Origin: Vicugna vicugna
Taxonomy: Eukaryota
Assembly: GCA_013265495.1 (NCBI GenBank)
Contig: MU059829.1
Location: 868,001-932,000, forward strand
Reading direction: 5' to 3'
Length of the DNA stretch: 64,000 nucleotides
Positions 12,505 to 24,565 of the stretch are shown here, piece by piece. Within the stretch, counting starts at the first letter, position 1, and every line of letters begins with the position of its first letter. The notes beneath the pieces were generated by a model, which was given only the letters and a program-made list of their open reading frames with translations, made no database searches and was not told the DNA's origin. The position numbers and the translations under genes were made by a program.

Positions 12505-15500
12505 AGAAGTTTTTCGAAGCATACCCACTTCAAACCAAAATGATGCTCGTGTCTCCTTTTGGAAGTGGTTAAGAGAGTGTGATGGTCGGAAGGGCAGACA
12601 GGCCAGGCCCAAAGCCAGGGTAGGACAGGACTGGGGGTGACGACTGGGGCTCTCCACCTCGTCTTACTGCCGGAGCTCCAGAGCCACGTCAGCATGAGAC
12701 CAAGGACGTGTGATGAGGGGAAGCTGCAGCTAAAGGCCTTCCCTGGTCCAAGCAGAAGCTCATCTCAGCAGCCTGCTCACTAAGACAGTTCACCTGCTGA
12801 GCCAGGAACTGCTGCCCTTGCTCCTTCCGGGGCCTGGGGCACAGGGGAGGTTAACCCCAGCATCTGAGGACTAGTCCCTGTAAGTGTCGCTCTGTAGGCC
12901 TCATAGCTGGGTTCCCAGGTGACCATTTTTGACTCCACAACAATCACATGATCTATTTACAGGTCACTTAGAAAAGCATCCTGTGCCACCCCTGCTCCCG
13001 CGTGCCATCGCGTCCGCGCCATCGCATCTGCACCACTACCCCCGAGACGCCCACTGACGGGGAAGGGGCCGCCCTCCCTGCTTTCCTCATTGACAAGCAA
13101 ACAGATGAGGTGCTGGCTTGGGGTCACTGCCAAGGTCACTTCTACAGGAGCTAAAAGAAGAGGAGATTCCACAATGGGACAGGCTACAGGCAGAGCTCAC
13201 CCAGCTGCATATGGAACCAGAGACCCATCCACCGCGGGGCTGGGAAGTTACCCCCTCACTGTCAGCCTCCCTCCCAGGTTCACCCATCACCACCTGCTGC
13301 CTGTGTGAGCTGGCCCTGGGGGCCTGCCTCATCACCCCCTGGTCCGGGGGCAGCTGAGCAGAGCAAGACAGGACGGCTATGGGAGCATCAGGAGCTACCA
13401 GCAGAGTCCCTTTGAGAAGGTGTGTTTCTGCCACTTGTCAGAAAGAGAGCAGTCAAGTCAGACGTGCAAACCCTGAAAGCAAAGCAGGTGCCTCCCCTCG
13501 AAGCCTGGAGAGAGGAGCCCCTGTGGGTGGCGGCAGAGGCGGGCTGCCCAGACCCAGACGTCACCACAAAACAGGTGCAGAGCAGAGTATGGGCCCTGGG
13601 GCTTGAGAACTGGCCCAGCGACTCTGCCCTGTGGAAGCCAGGGCACGGTGTGGTTAGAGGCTTCCTGCCACACGGGGCGTCTGCGGTCCACCCCGAGGCG
13701 TCTGTGATCTGCTCTGGACAGCAGTTCTCCCCAGGTGGCCGCGACGCCACCACGTTCACCCAGACTTCCAGGTCTCTTTGTCCTCTGCACCCACGTCCAT
13801 TTCTTTCACCATCCCCTCACACTTTGTGGCCAGTGAGTCCATCTCCCTTAGGTCTTCTCCCTCCAGTCACTGGGGGATCCCTCACCACAGCATCCAGGAC
13901 CCACCACCAAAGTCGGTCCCACCGAAATCCACACTGATTTCCAAGTCATACCGACCTGGGCTTTTGGACAAGCGGCTTAACCTCACTGATCCTTGGCTTT
14001 CTGGAGAATATGAAAAGGCCCAGAATGAGTTCAGGCTCGGGGCTGACGATGAGCTCGCTCAGGTGCAGCACTGGCTTGGCCCAGTCCCCCGCCAAGCAGT
14101 GGCTGTGAGAACTTGGGGCTGGCAGCCCCCTCCCTGTGCTCTGCCTGGTGCTTGGAGGTGCAGCTGTGGGGAGGGAGATGTGTCATTGTCTTGCCCCGTG
14201 ATGAGGAGCCTGGCTGGCCCCCTGCACACGGCTCCTCCGCCACCTCCTGCCCCCCGTCACTTCCTGCCCCCCGTCACTCACAAGCTGGTTCTGCTTCTGC
14301 GGGTTGAAGAGCTTCCCTCCGAGACACGGAGCCTGACTCACGGCTGAGTCAGAGCACGTGCGCAAGAAGAGAGAAGTCACGTGAGGCTGGCAGACCCCAG
14401 AGCCGCAAAGAACCACCGCCGTTCAAGCTGAGAAAGCCTGCAGAAACCGCTCACAGTGCAGGACAGGAGGAGACCCTGGGCTAAGCCCCCTCCCGCCAGC
14501 TCCCAGCCGTGCTAGGAAAATCCACTCAGTAGCTGTGACCCCCAGTCTGACTGACATGTTTCAGCTCACTGGTCACACACCTGAAATGTTTCTTCTTCCA
14601 AAAGCTGCTAACCTCAAGCAGTCCGATTCTGTACCGTTTCCATAACTCTCAGTAAAGAACCGCCTTCTGTCTATTTCGAAGCTTCAGTCTCATGTCCTAT
14701 TTGATGCTGTCCTGCCCCCATGAGGCTAGACTTCAGCTGTGGGGGTGCGAGGGATGGAAGGGGGCGACCACATCGGCCCCTCCTCCCTCCCCTTAGTCCT
14801 TTGGATGGGGCAGGGGTGGGGCATAATGCTTGCTCTCTCAGAAGAGCCACCTTTATTAAATCAGCAGGGTTTCTGCTCCCCTGGCCTCACTGATGCCTCC
14901 CTACCACTGGCTGCCTCCTCTGCGTTCCAGGCATCTAAAGCCTGCCTCTCCCGGGCTGCATCTGCTGGTTCTCCAGAGGGCCCTACAGAGCTCCCCCCGC
15001 TCCACTCATGGGCATGGAACAACTGGTCTGGGCTCAGTCTCTCTCCCTACCAGCCCCCAGCCTCCAGCTTTTGATATCTTTTCACCCAGAAGGTGGCCCG
15101 CTAGCCAAAGGCAACCAGATGGCCAAAGTCCAGAAATTTTAGGTCTCTGAATGCAAAGCAGTCGGTACACAGAGCGTGCACCCCATCCCAGCACCCAGCT
15201 CCATCTGTCCTGGTTACTTCCCTTACTTTTCAAGGCGCCAGCAGAATCTGCACTCCACCCAGTCACAATTCAGTGACGGCAGCACATGGAAACATCACCT
15301 CTACACTTGTAGGGAGGACACACTAGGAGCTCCCCACTAGGAGAGGGAGGGGTGGGCGGTGCAGAACGCTACATGCGGCCCTGGGGACATCAGACAGCAG
15401 GCGCCAGACACACAAAACAGCGTGAGGAGTCTCTGAAGGGAAGCGGGAACCGTGTATGAAGTGACATGACATTAAACACCAGGTGTAAGTAATTAAAATG

Positions 15501-16352
15501 GTGCCACAGGTGAGGAAAAGATCATCAAGTCATTTTGAGGGAAAAAAAGAAGGAAAAGGAAAGAAGGAAGGAAGGGAAGAAAGAGAGAAGGCATGAGTTT
15601 TAGAATCTAGGCTGGTCATTTCTACAATTATTCTTTTCTTTCTTTTTTTTAAAAAAAATCATCTCTAAGCATTGCCACAACAAAGGAAAGTCACAGAGGA
15701 CGTTACAAGTCCCTTAATCTACAGGGGCAGGAACATGTCTACAGCCTGTCAGTCAGCACCGTCCCGCAGGATGACTCCCCCAGCTCCCGAGCCCCAGACC
15801 TCACCCCCCAGCTCCGGGTCCGGGTCCGGTTCCGGGGGGAGCTCACATGTCACTGAGCGGAAGGCTCGCCTGCACGTGGCAGCCCTAACCTCTCCCGCTG
15901 TCACCTGAATGACACCTTTTAATTTGGCTCTTAAAATGCTTGAGTTTGAGCCTGTTCCACAGAACCGAACTGCCCCCGTGTGCTTCGATGTGAGTCCCTC
16001 AAAGTCTTTTTCTCTGCACTTGCCAGGGAGCAGCCCGAGAAAAGCAGCCGCAGCAGAGCAACCGCGAGGAAAGTTATGAACGTGCATCTTCCGAGGCTCT
16101 GCGCCCCCACCGCCGCGCCGGAAGCCCTCTATGTGAGTTGTCCACAGTAACCATCTCCTTGCGATTCTTTTTTACGGCACGTTTTTAAAGAAGGAGCCGT
16201 AGCTCTCAAATTCCGCCTGTTAACTCACTGCAATTGTGAGTGAGCACCTGCATCTCCTGGTTAACACGCAGGTCCAGGCTCCTTGCAGAGGCTGAAAAAA
16301 GAGACCGGTTCGGCCTGGTCCCGAGGGAAAGCGGTTCGGACTTCACCTTCTC

Positions 16353-16371
16353 TGGCGCCACCTAGAGGCAA
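16353..16371 (-). promoter_or_regulatory. Strong candidate CTCF site
   Basis: TGGCGCCACCTAGAGGCAA closely matches the reverse CTCF consensus TAGCGCCCCCTGGTGGCCA and lies in a CpG-enriched patch. Confidence 0.6.
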
Positions 16372-18094
16372 ATGAGGGTAACGTGGGCACCACCGGCCAG
16401 TAGCATCTCTGGCGCCAGGACCTTCTCAGCCACTCAAAGCCAAGCTCTGAATGACCATTCCATCATCCTGTTTTCCAAAACCAGCTCACTGCTCCTCCAG
16501 ATCAAGCCAGTGGGGAAGACGTACTTCAGACCACTGAGGGGCTTGTTGGATTCCCAGCGGCCAAGCCTGAAAAGCTTTGACTTGCTTTGACTGTGGTCCT
16601 GCAGCCTGGGGGTCTGTCCTGCTCCAGGCTCCTCAGCGGGTGTGGCCATGCCGCTGGCTTGTCACTGAACAGAGAGAGTTCAGAAGCCTCATCCCATGGT
16701 GTCCCCACAGGGAAGGTCTCGCTGAAACAAGGGCTGGGGGATGGGGCTGCTTTGAGAGCAGTGGCCCTGCCTCGTGGTCTCTCTGGGCCAAGTTCGGAGA
16801 TTAGATGAACAATGGGAAGTTCAGTGGCACTGAATGGGGCGGGTCAGAGCACGTCTCCCGCTGGCCCTCGGCAGCTGACCGCAGGGGGAAGTGAACTGAG
16901 ACGCCCTAGGGAGCAACAAGGGCCCTGAGGGTCAGAGCCTGACAAAACGCCCACAATTTTATGAGAGCTGCATCCCAGCACTGGTGTGGGTGGAAGCCCC
17001 GTCCTGCCCCGTGTGGAGGTGAGTCATCTTCCCTGGAGGCAACTCGGTGCCGCCCAAAATTCCTGGGCCTTGGGAGGAACACAACCAGAGGCTCATGTGA
17101 CAAGAGACTAGTATTTGACATTTATAAATCAAACCGCTGAATAAACTGCCCTGTCCTCCCCATCCCAGAACACACACACTTCTACAACAACCTGGGGGGG
17201 CAGGTGAAGGCAGATCCTGGGCTCCTGAAAGCCCATCAGCAGAACGAGCCCCACCCCTCGCCCCAGGCATCTCCTGTGCCCAGCGTGGGACAGCGGGCCC
17301 TCCTCTTGGGCATCAGTAATTCTGGCATCACTGAAACCCAGAGAATGATCCTTAGGCAGATGGACATAGGCCTGGTCAGAGAGGAGACCCCCCGAAGCCA
17401 GGACCCTGGCACCTGGCAGGAGTCCCTTTGCCTGGGTCTTGCTGGTGCCGAGACGGACAAGCACAAGGAGAGAGTTTCCAGTTGGCCCTAAAGGCTGAGC
17501 ACAGAAAGCTCCCCAGGTCGAGGGGTAGTCAAGGAAGTGGACTAACCCTAACCCAGCTGGGTCAGGACAGGCTTCTGAGAGTGGTGCAGACAGCCACCAC
17601 GGCCCTGCATCTAGTAAACGGAAGTCTAAGCTCAGGGTGTGTGCATGTGTGAGCAGGGGTGTGCGTGTGCGTGTGTGTATGTGTGACTTCCCTTCCTAAT
17701 ACCCGGCCCCTGGGCCCCTGGCTTCCCCTGCTGAGTTGTGCGTCACCAGCTGTGCAGAACCTGAGCCCTGTGGCCCAGGGGACACCTGGCTTCGGCAGTG
17801 AGCCTGTCAGTTGGTTCTGTGAGAGGCCTTGATCGAAGCCACCTGCAGACTCTAAAAATGAGAAGATGACAGAGACTTCTGTCCATTTTCTGGACCCTGC
17901 TGTCTGTGCTCTCTAAAGCAAGTCGAAAAACCTGTTGAACTGGACTCAAGGGCCTCTGGCAGCAGAATTCAGTTTTCCTGAGTCTTTTTTTTTCCATAAA
18001 GAAGCACTTTATGAAGGGTTTTCACCACTCCCCTTTTCTGCTTTACTCTCCAAACCACGCTGTGATATGAGCCTCATGTAGCTTCTCTGGCCAG

Positions 18095-18248
18095 ACATGG
18101 GAGCTGAGGGCTCGGAGCGCCGAGCTTTTGGGCAGGCCTGGGGGCCACCGCAGCCCCCCACAGCTGTGTCCTGCTGTACATCATGCATCAGGGACACATC
18201 TAGCGCCTGGTCATAGAAATGCTGTGCTGCTGTAGAGGGAAAAATAAA
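18095..18248 (+). pseudogene. Decayed beta-defensin exon 2 relic
   Basis: Manual reconstruction gives W(C1)AGLGAT-[t]gc(C2)-SPPQL-C-PAVHHASGT-[ca]-S(C4)-SAWS*K-CC, followed by AATAAA at 18243. Requires indels and two Cys substitutions. Confidence 0.5.
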
Positions 18249-19139
18249 TCTACATGCTCACCACGAGACCTTAGAGGAGATCCCAAAGGAGCAGGAGGCC
18301 TGAATGCAGACGAGCCCAGGCCCCTCCCTCCTGCACTGACGCTGGACCTCATACTGGTGGGACATTCCTCTCCAGATCTTGAAGCGCCTGCTACCCCAGG
18401 GCCGTATTCCCAACATCACAAGGTGGCAAAGAACCTAAAACACAGCCCTCGCCATCAGTGACCTTGCTCTGCCCTTGATACAATCCTCCTCTAGGTGCCT
18501 GGACGGAGGTCATTTCTCGCTTCACTTCACTTTAAAACTCAAGCTGTAATAATCACCCACCCAAAAAACAGACCTTTCATTTACGCATGGTAAAGGGGCA
18601 AAAAACAGAGTTCCTGACATTCTTGAGGACTCTTTAACGAGGAGGGTAATGGAAACCTCACCTTCCTCCAGCTCCTTGGAAGTAACAGGTCAGCGAGAAG
18701 TCTGGAATTCTGATGGCTGTGGGAAAAGCCAACTGCCCGCTTGAATAACACGATAAACATCATTCACGGTCTCCTGTGCCAGACACTGCCCACAGCAGCT
18801 GCGGCAAATATGTTCTCCTGGGAAGGACAGTCCAGTGAGAACCAGGTAATTCAAACCAGGGGTGAGTCTCCCAGTTTGAGCCTCAAATAAGTGGCATCCT
18901 GATCCTTTCCCTGGGGTCCCGCAACAGGAGGCCGCTGTGTCCCTGGCAAGGGTGCATATTCTCCGCAGCTCCCACACTCCCCACCTGGGGCAGGAAGGCA
19001 GGCCAGTGGGAAGGCTGCCAGTCTGGTGGGCGATGGTCTGCTGCCACCGTGTGGGGCCAATGCACCCCTGGGACCACCAAGCGTGAACCTTGCTTCCTGA
19101 CTGCTTTGCCAGGAAAATGACAATTTCTGAAAGTCTCTG

Positions 19140-19599
19140 TAGCAGCTGGATAGTGGCACCTGGGGTGTCAGGTCCTAATCTCTGGGACTGGTGAATGGGA
19201 ACTTATTTGGAAAAAGCATCTTTGCAGATGGGAGTAAATGAAGGATTTTGAGCTGCAGAGATTATCCTGGATTATCTGGCTGTGCCCTCAGTGACCATAC
19301 ACTCAGCACGAGAGAGTGGCAGGAGATGAGACCCACACAGGAGGAGGGGTGACGGGGCCACGGGGGCAGAGCCTGGGGCGCTGCAGCCGCCAGACGCTGG
19401 ACCAGGCGAAGAACAGATTCCTCCCCAGAGCTTTCGGAGGGAGCGTGGCCCTGCCAACAACTTGATTTCAGCCCAATGCGGATTCCAGATTTCTGGGCTC
19501 CTGAACTGAGGGAATAAATTCCACCAAGTGGAACCACTTTGGTGGTTTTCAACCACCAAGTTCAAGGTGACATTATAGCAGCGTCGGGAAGCTAAGACA
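19140..19599 (+). mobile_element. MLT1D-type MaLR solo LTR
   Basis: gtcctaatctctggg...ctttgcagatg...gattatcctggattatctgg...cagattcctccccagagc...ggccctgccaacaacttgatttcagccc...gctaagaca. Confidence 0.85.
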
Positions 19600-20674
19600 A
19601 GAAGAAGTGAGCTCACATCCTGCTTCAGAGGAGTTCTGTCCTGTCACTGCTTGCTTCCAGAGCAAAGAGGGGCACAGAAAGTGTGCATCCCCTCTTCCAA
19701 GGACCGCTGGTCCATGGCAGACTGGCTTATGCTTCAGACTTGAGTGGCAGAGGCGCCCCACATAGCTGTGCAAGAAAATCTGCAGCTGGGACTCCTGCCT
19801 CAAGCATCCCCAGGGTCCCCATGACTCCTAAAGGGAATCTGGAGCACACACCCCACTTCCAATGTTGAGGTATCGCTGTACCTACTAGCACAAAAGCATG
19901 GCTCTGCTCCCAGGGCCCCCAGCCACCCCCCATCACGGCCGGGCTCCCCCGGGACACGGGGGCACAAGGGGGCAAGTCCCCTGGCTTGGAGGCCCAACTC
20001 CTGCCCCAGGCCAGCCAACACACTTGCAAATAACCGGAAACTCAGCTCAAATTAGATTGAAAAAACCAAGGGCTGCTGTCTGGGCAGTGCAGAGAGGAAG
20101 CCCAGGCGCAGGGCCTCTGGACCGAGTGTGGACATGGCGCCACCAGGAACGCAGGGCATCTTCCCCGGGGTGTGTTATTCCCAGACTCTCGGTGCCGAGG
20201 TGGCTGCTAAAATCCTGGGCGACTTTGGGTTTTGGGGTCTTCTGTGCCCTTGTGGAGAAAAAGCACTTTTCTTTCTCAACCGATCGGACGAACAGTGGGC
20301 TTCACTGGAAGTCCCCGCCACAGCCCTGCCCGATAGGCACGCTGACCCAGGGGATGTCCCGTCTCGCTTGCCGGGCCTGCTGTAGGGGTCTATTCTGGAA
20401 TGCTCTCGGCAGTCAGGTGTGTGGGGAGCCGGAGTGAGGCGGTTCCCACCTAAGCCCTGTGGCCGGCGGGCGGGCGTGGGGTGGCTCCGTTGGCGAGGTT
20501 CCCACATACAGATACCAGTCATTCTGTCACAGCTGGGATCATCACAGCGGCATCCCTGCCCCACACGCCTCGTGCGCGAGCGCCTGGGAGCCCTGTACGC
20601 AGAGGCCGCTCCAGCCTGGGCAGCCCGCTGCCGCAGGCCCACTCCCCTTTCTTCTCTGCCGCCTGCGACCTGCC

Positions 20675-20735
20675 ATGAGGAGCCTCTGCTTTCTGCTCCT
20701 GGCCACCTTCATCCTCTTCGCTCAGTTTGCCTCAG
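20675..20735 (+). pseudogene. Orphan beta-defensin exon 1 (signal peptide MRSLCFLLLATFILFAQFAS-G), partner exon not found
   Basis: 61-nt phase-1 exon identical in length to DEFB1 exon 1, donor CAG|GTCAGC. The 5' flank resembles the DEFB1 leader. Could be a functional gene if an exon 2 was missed. Confidence 0.7.
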
Positions 20736-22836
20736 GTCAGCACGACTGGCCCTTTCGGCTGCCTTCTATCAGCCAAAGCAGGTCAGTAGGCCAGCCCAGA
20801 CTCCAAAGCTGGGGAAACGGCCTCCGTCTGCAGGAGCTGCAAAGGGCCCGGTCAGGGAGGGGTACGGTGGTGCCCAGGCTTGCAGACCACACAGGCCCCC
20901 GATCAGAACTGACGGGTTTCAGCCTAATTTTCCAGCTGCCTCTTCCCCAGCCCTTCCCTGCCCTGTATGTACGACATTCGTGTTGTGGGGAGAGCCCTCG
21001 GACCCCCAGGGCAGAGGGAGATACGATGCCAGTGTCCTGAAAGAACGCCCGCTTCCTCCTTTTCTCACTCTGGGTCTGGAGTCTGTCCAGCCCCAAGTGG
21101 AGGGAGAGGAAGGAGACAAAAAAAGATGCTGCCGCCCAGCTTTCAGAGGTCTAAGGGCTTCCGTTTCTGCCCACAATGCTGCGAAGCACCTCCATGGAAA
21201 CATGTCCTACTGGAGAAGGACCTGGACAGAAGTCAGTCTCACCCGGGTCCTACTCCTGGCTCTGCCACCTACCAGCCAAGAAACTGACCTTAAGCCAGAC
21301 CCTCCTCCTCCCTGCATCTCAGTGAGCAGACACCGCACAGGCTTACGCGCAGGGTCTGTTAAGATAGTATTTCCAAAGCATGTGGAAATTACCCAAGATA
21401 TTCAAGTATAAGAGACTATTTTAATGGTGTTAAAATACATTTCTTTTTACACCAAGTCATTTTCCAACATCCACATGACAGGTTTTGAAGACAAAGGTTT
21501 TCCACCTCCTCCCTCTGACCAGTCAGAATCAGAGTTTTGAGCCCCAGGTTCGGAACAGCTGGTGCGCTGGGGCAGAGGTACTCGCACCAGCACGAACCAG
21601 GCTGAGCTGCGGGACCTCCCTCCACCCATGCTCGCCTCTGTCTGCTCCCATACACACTGGGAACTCATGAGCAGCTGCATGTGCCCACCAGAAAACATAC
21701 CTGCAGGTGCCAGCATGGCCCCAGTATTGGTGGGTTTGAGGGAGGATTCATTCGCACGGCTGAGGTAGGGACAGAAGTCTCTGCGGATGGCACGTGGCTT
21801 CCTCCCAAGCACTATAACCAAGTTGCTAAAGAAGTAGGATCTTAGGGCTCCTGGTGAACTGTTAGCAATCCTCTGATGAACCTTCTGGCTGGAGGCGCAA
21901 ATCTAGTTATTTCCAACCACCACCATCACCCGGCAGGCTGCTTAAAGGAGCTGCCTCAATCAGCACGTTTCATTCTGTTCATGTGGGACTCAGATGAAGC
22001 CTGTGCGCCCACCGATAAGAAATACATTTATAAGCAGTCTTGCTGGTCTTACCTGCCCTATTTGGACTTAGGACAGAAAGCAGTCCCTGGACCCCACATT
22101 GTAAGTGCTCATCAAATATGTTTACTCAAACATACATCATAAAAATGACCCCTTAAAGTCATTCCACTGGGGCCATGGGGCAAGCATGCAGGTGTGTGCC
22201 ACAGCTCCGTTGTGCTCTCGAGGTGCTCCCCCCCGGGCACTGGCCATCTGTCAGGTCGGGGCTAGCGTCAGGCTGAGAGAAGCACTGATACAGGAAGGAA
22301 AACTGACGTTGTGGAGACATCCGAGCACACAACTTCGCTTCCAAAGCTTTATCTGCATTTTATTTCACTAAAATATTGGCTCATGATGGAATGAGCATTA
22401 AAACAAGAAGGTCCTTCATCACAGATAAAGGGGCGTCAGGAAGGGTGTGGACCTGGACCGTTCTGGGTCCACGACTCACCTGTCCATTCCACCCACAGCC
22501 AGCTGCCCCGGGGCCTCAACCCCAGGCAGACTGGGCCATTTGGAGCCTGGGAGGAAGCACCCCGCTCCTACCTACGTCCTGTCCAGTCTGTATTTTCCCA
22601 GGAGTTTCCATGTGGGCCCTTCTGTTCACACTTAGACCTCCAGGCCTCCCTCCTTGGATGCCCCCTAAGGCTCGGGCTGCCCCAGGGGGTCGTGAGTGCC
22701 CCGGCACCCGGGAGCCGTGCTCCCTGTCCTTTCTCCAGAAGCGGCGCTCAGCTCCCTGAGCCCGTCCCGATGTACGCTTCTGAAACGTGCCTGTCACTCC
22801 TGCGGTAGCGCTGACCGCCCTCTCCTCCACCCACAG

Positions 22837-23021
22837 GTGAAGTGCAAGGACTGCGGAGCCTTTGGAGTGAGCAGCCTCAGGTGCCCCATGAAGCGCTGGC
22901 ACAGGGCCCGAGTCCCCCAGCCCCTGGGCTCCACACGCGGGAAAGAGAACCTAGAGGCATGGAAGCTGCGGACCCCGCGGACCTCGAGCACGGCCGCGAG
23001 GGAGGAGGGTCAAAGGCCAAG
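22837..23021 (+). pseudogene. FAM90A-like zinc-knuckle exon relic
   Basis: Acceptor ccacag|GTG, donor AAG|GTGAGC. Encodes VKCKDCGAFGVSSLRCPMKRWHRARVPQPLGSTRGKENLEAWK, resembling the FAM90A N-terminal knuckle (LKCKNC.AFGH...RCPMK...GKENLKPWK, from memory) but lacking the His. No downstream FAM90A exons seen. Confidence 0.8.
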
Positions 23022-23084
23022 GTGAGCAGTGTGGGGGGTGCTGCCCAATGTCTGGGCTGAAATCTCTGGAAACCGTAAAGCACA

Positions 23085-23232
23085 GGTCTGATCGGATTAG
23101 GGACCCACCCTAAAGGAGTCACCTTAACCTAACCACAGTCCTAACTGCCCTACGCTCATGTACAATCACATTCTGATAAATTAAATGTTCGAGTTTCAAC
23201 ATATGAATTTGGGGGAGGGGAACACAATTCAG
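23085..23232 (-). mobile_element. MLT1 LTR fragment
   Basis: ggattagggacccaccctaa...ttcaacatatgaatttgggggaggggaacacaattcag. Confidence 0.7.
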
Positions 23233-23544
23233 TTTATCAAAGTTGCTTCATTCTTTTTTTTATTTTTATGTTGTAAAAACTTACTTTATTTTTTATTGAA
23301 TAAAACAATAATATCCATGAATTAAAGGGTACAAAAAATAAGATTGTTTGAGGCAAGGAGAAATGGTAACTAATGGACTCTGTCCTCAAATTGGATTGAA
23401 AATAATGAGAGGCCGGCTGTTGGAAATAAAGGGAGTTCAAAATTTTAGCATTTTTATTTTAATTTAACTTTAAGTTTGGGTCATACTACGTTGTATTTAA
23501 ATGCTAAGAGGAGGTGGTTCAGAGAGAGAGAGTTTAAAATAAAG

Positions 23545-24565
23545 TGTGTACATTGTTTTACAACTTATACAACTCAATATCAAAAACCAAACAATCCAAT
23601 TAAAAAGTGGGCAGAGGATCTGAATAGACATTTTGGTTGAGAAGAAATACCATGGCCAGAGGCCCATGAAAAGATGCTCAGCATTACTCATCACCAGAGA
23701 AATGTAAATCAAATCCACAATGAGATACCACCTCGCACCTGTCTGAATGCCCTCATGAAAAATCCTACAAATAAAATAGGTTGTCTAGGATACGGAGAAA
23801 AGGGAACCCTGGTACACTTGTTGGTGGGAGTATAAATTAGTGCACTGCTATGGGAAAGGGCACAGAGAGTCCTAAAAGGCTAAACATAGAACTACTATGT
23901 ATCATCCAACAATTCCACTCCTGGGTATATAGCTCAAACACAATTTTGAAAAGAAACGTGCACCCAATGTTCACATCTGCATTATTTACACTAGCCAAGA
24001 CATGGGAGCAATCTATGTGTCCATTAACAGATGAATGGATAAAGAACAAGTGGTGAGTACATAATGGAATATTACTCTGTCATAAAAAATAAAATAAAAT
24101 TTTGCCATTTGCAACAACATGGATGGACTTGGAGGGTCTTATTATTAGAGAAATAAAGTCAGACCAAAAAAAAAGATGAATATTGTATGCATTCACTTAT
24201 TGTGAAATGTAAAAAAAGTGAAGCAAAGAAATGAAATAAGAAAACACAAACAGATTTACAAATATAGGATACAAACTGGGGTTTACCAAAGTAAAGAGAG
24301 AAGGGGGAGGGGCAAATTAGAAATAAGAGATTGAAAGCTACTAATTACTATGTATAAAATTTTAAAACTTTTACCTCCATTAACAAAAAAGGGAAAAATT
24401 ATAAAATTTAAAACTTAGCTACAGGGGTAAATTTTACCACACAGGGAATATAGGCAATATTTTATAATGACTTTAAGTAGAGTATACTGTTTAAAATGAT
24501 TAAATTACCATGCTGCACACCGGAAACTAATATAACACTATAAATACTTAAAAAGTAAAAATAAA
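23545..24565 (+). mobile_element. 5'-truncated LINE-1 (ORF2 end and 3' UTR, cetartiodactyl type)
   Basis: caatccaattaaaaagtgggcagaggatctgaatagacat, aatgagataccacctcgcacctgtc, caattccactcctgggtatat, acatggatggacttggaggg, cacagggaatataggcaatat, then an A-rich tail. Confidence 0.9.

Noticed and set aside
13422-14347. 171-aa and 189-aa plus-strand ORFs
   Set aside because: No recognisable domain or exon structure. Pro/Ser/Arg-rich composition is expected in GC-rich non-coding DNA.
14400-14700. Possible LTR fragment
   Set aside because: Only vague LTR-like phrasing; no family or termini could be supported.
20419-21411. 330-aa ORF with a KKRCCR motif
   Set aside because: Different frame from the defensin signal exon. 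The CC lacks upstream cysteines at defensin spacing. GC-rich chance ORF.
21416-21655. Cysteine-rich minus-strand ORF (CLQNLSCGCWKMTWCKKKC)
   Set aside because: Spacing fits no defensin class; no signal peptide or splice support.
21707-21830. Possible exon 2 for the orphan defensin (cag|GTGCCAGC...)
   Set aside because: Phase-1 frame reads GASMAPVLVGLREDSFARLR* with no cysteines. Other frames need too many changes.
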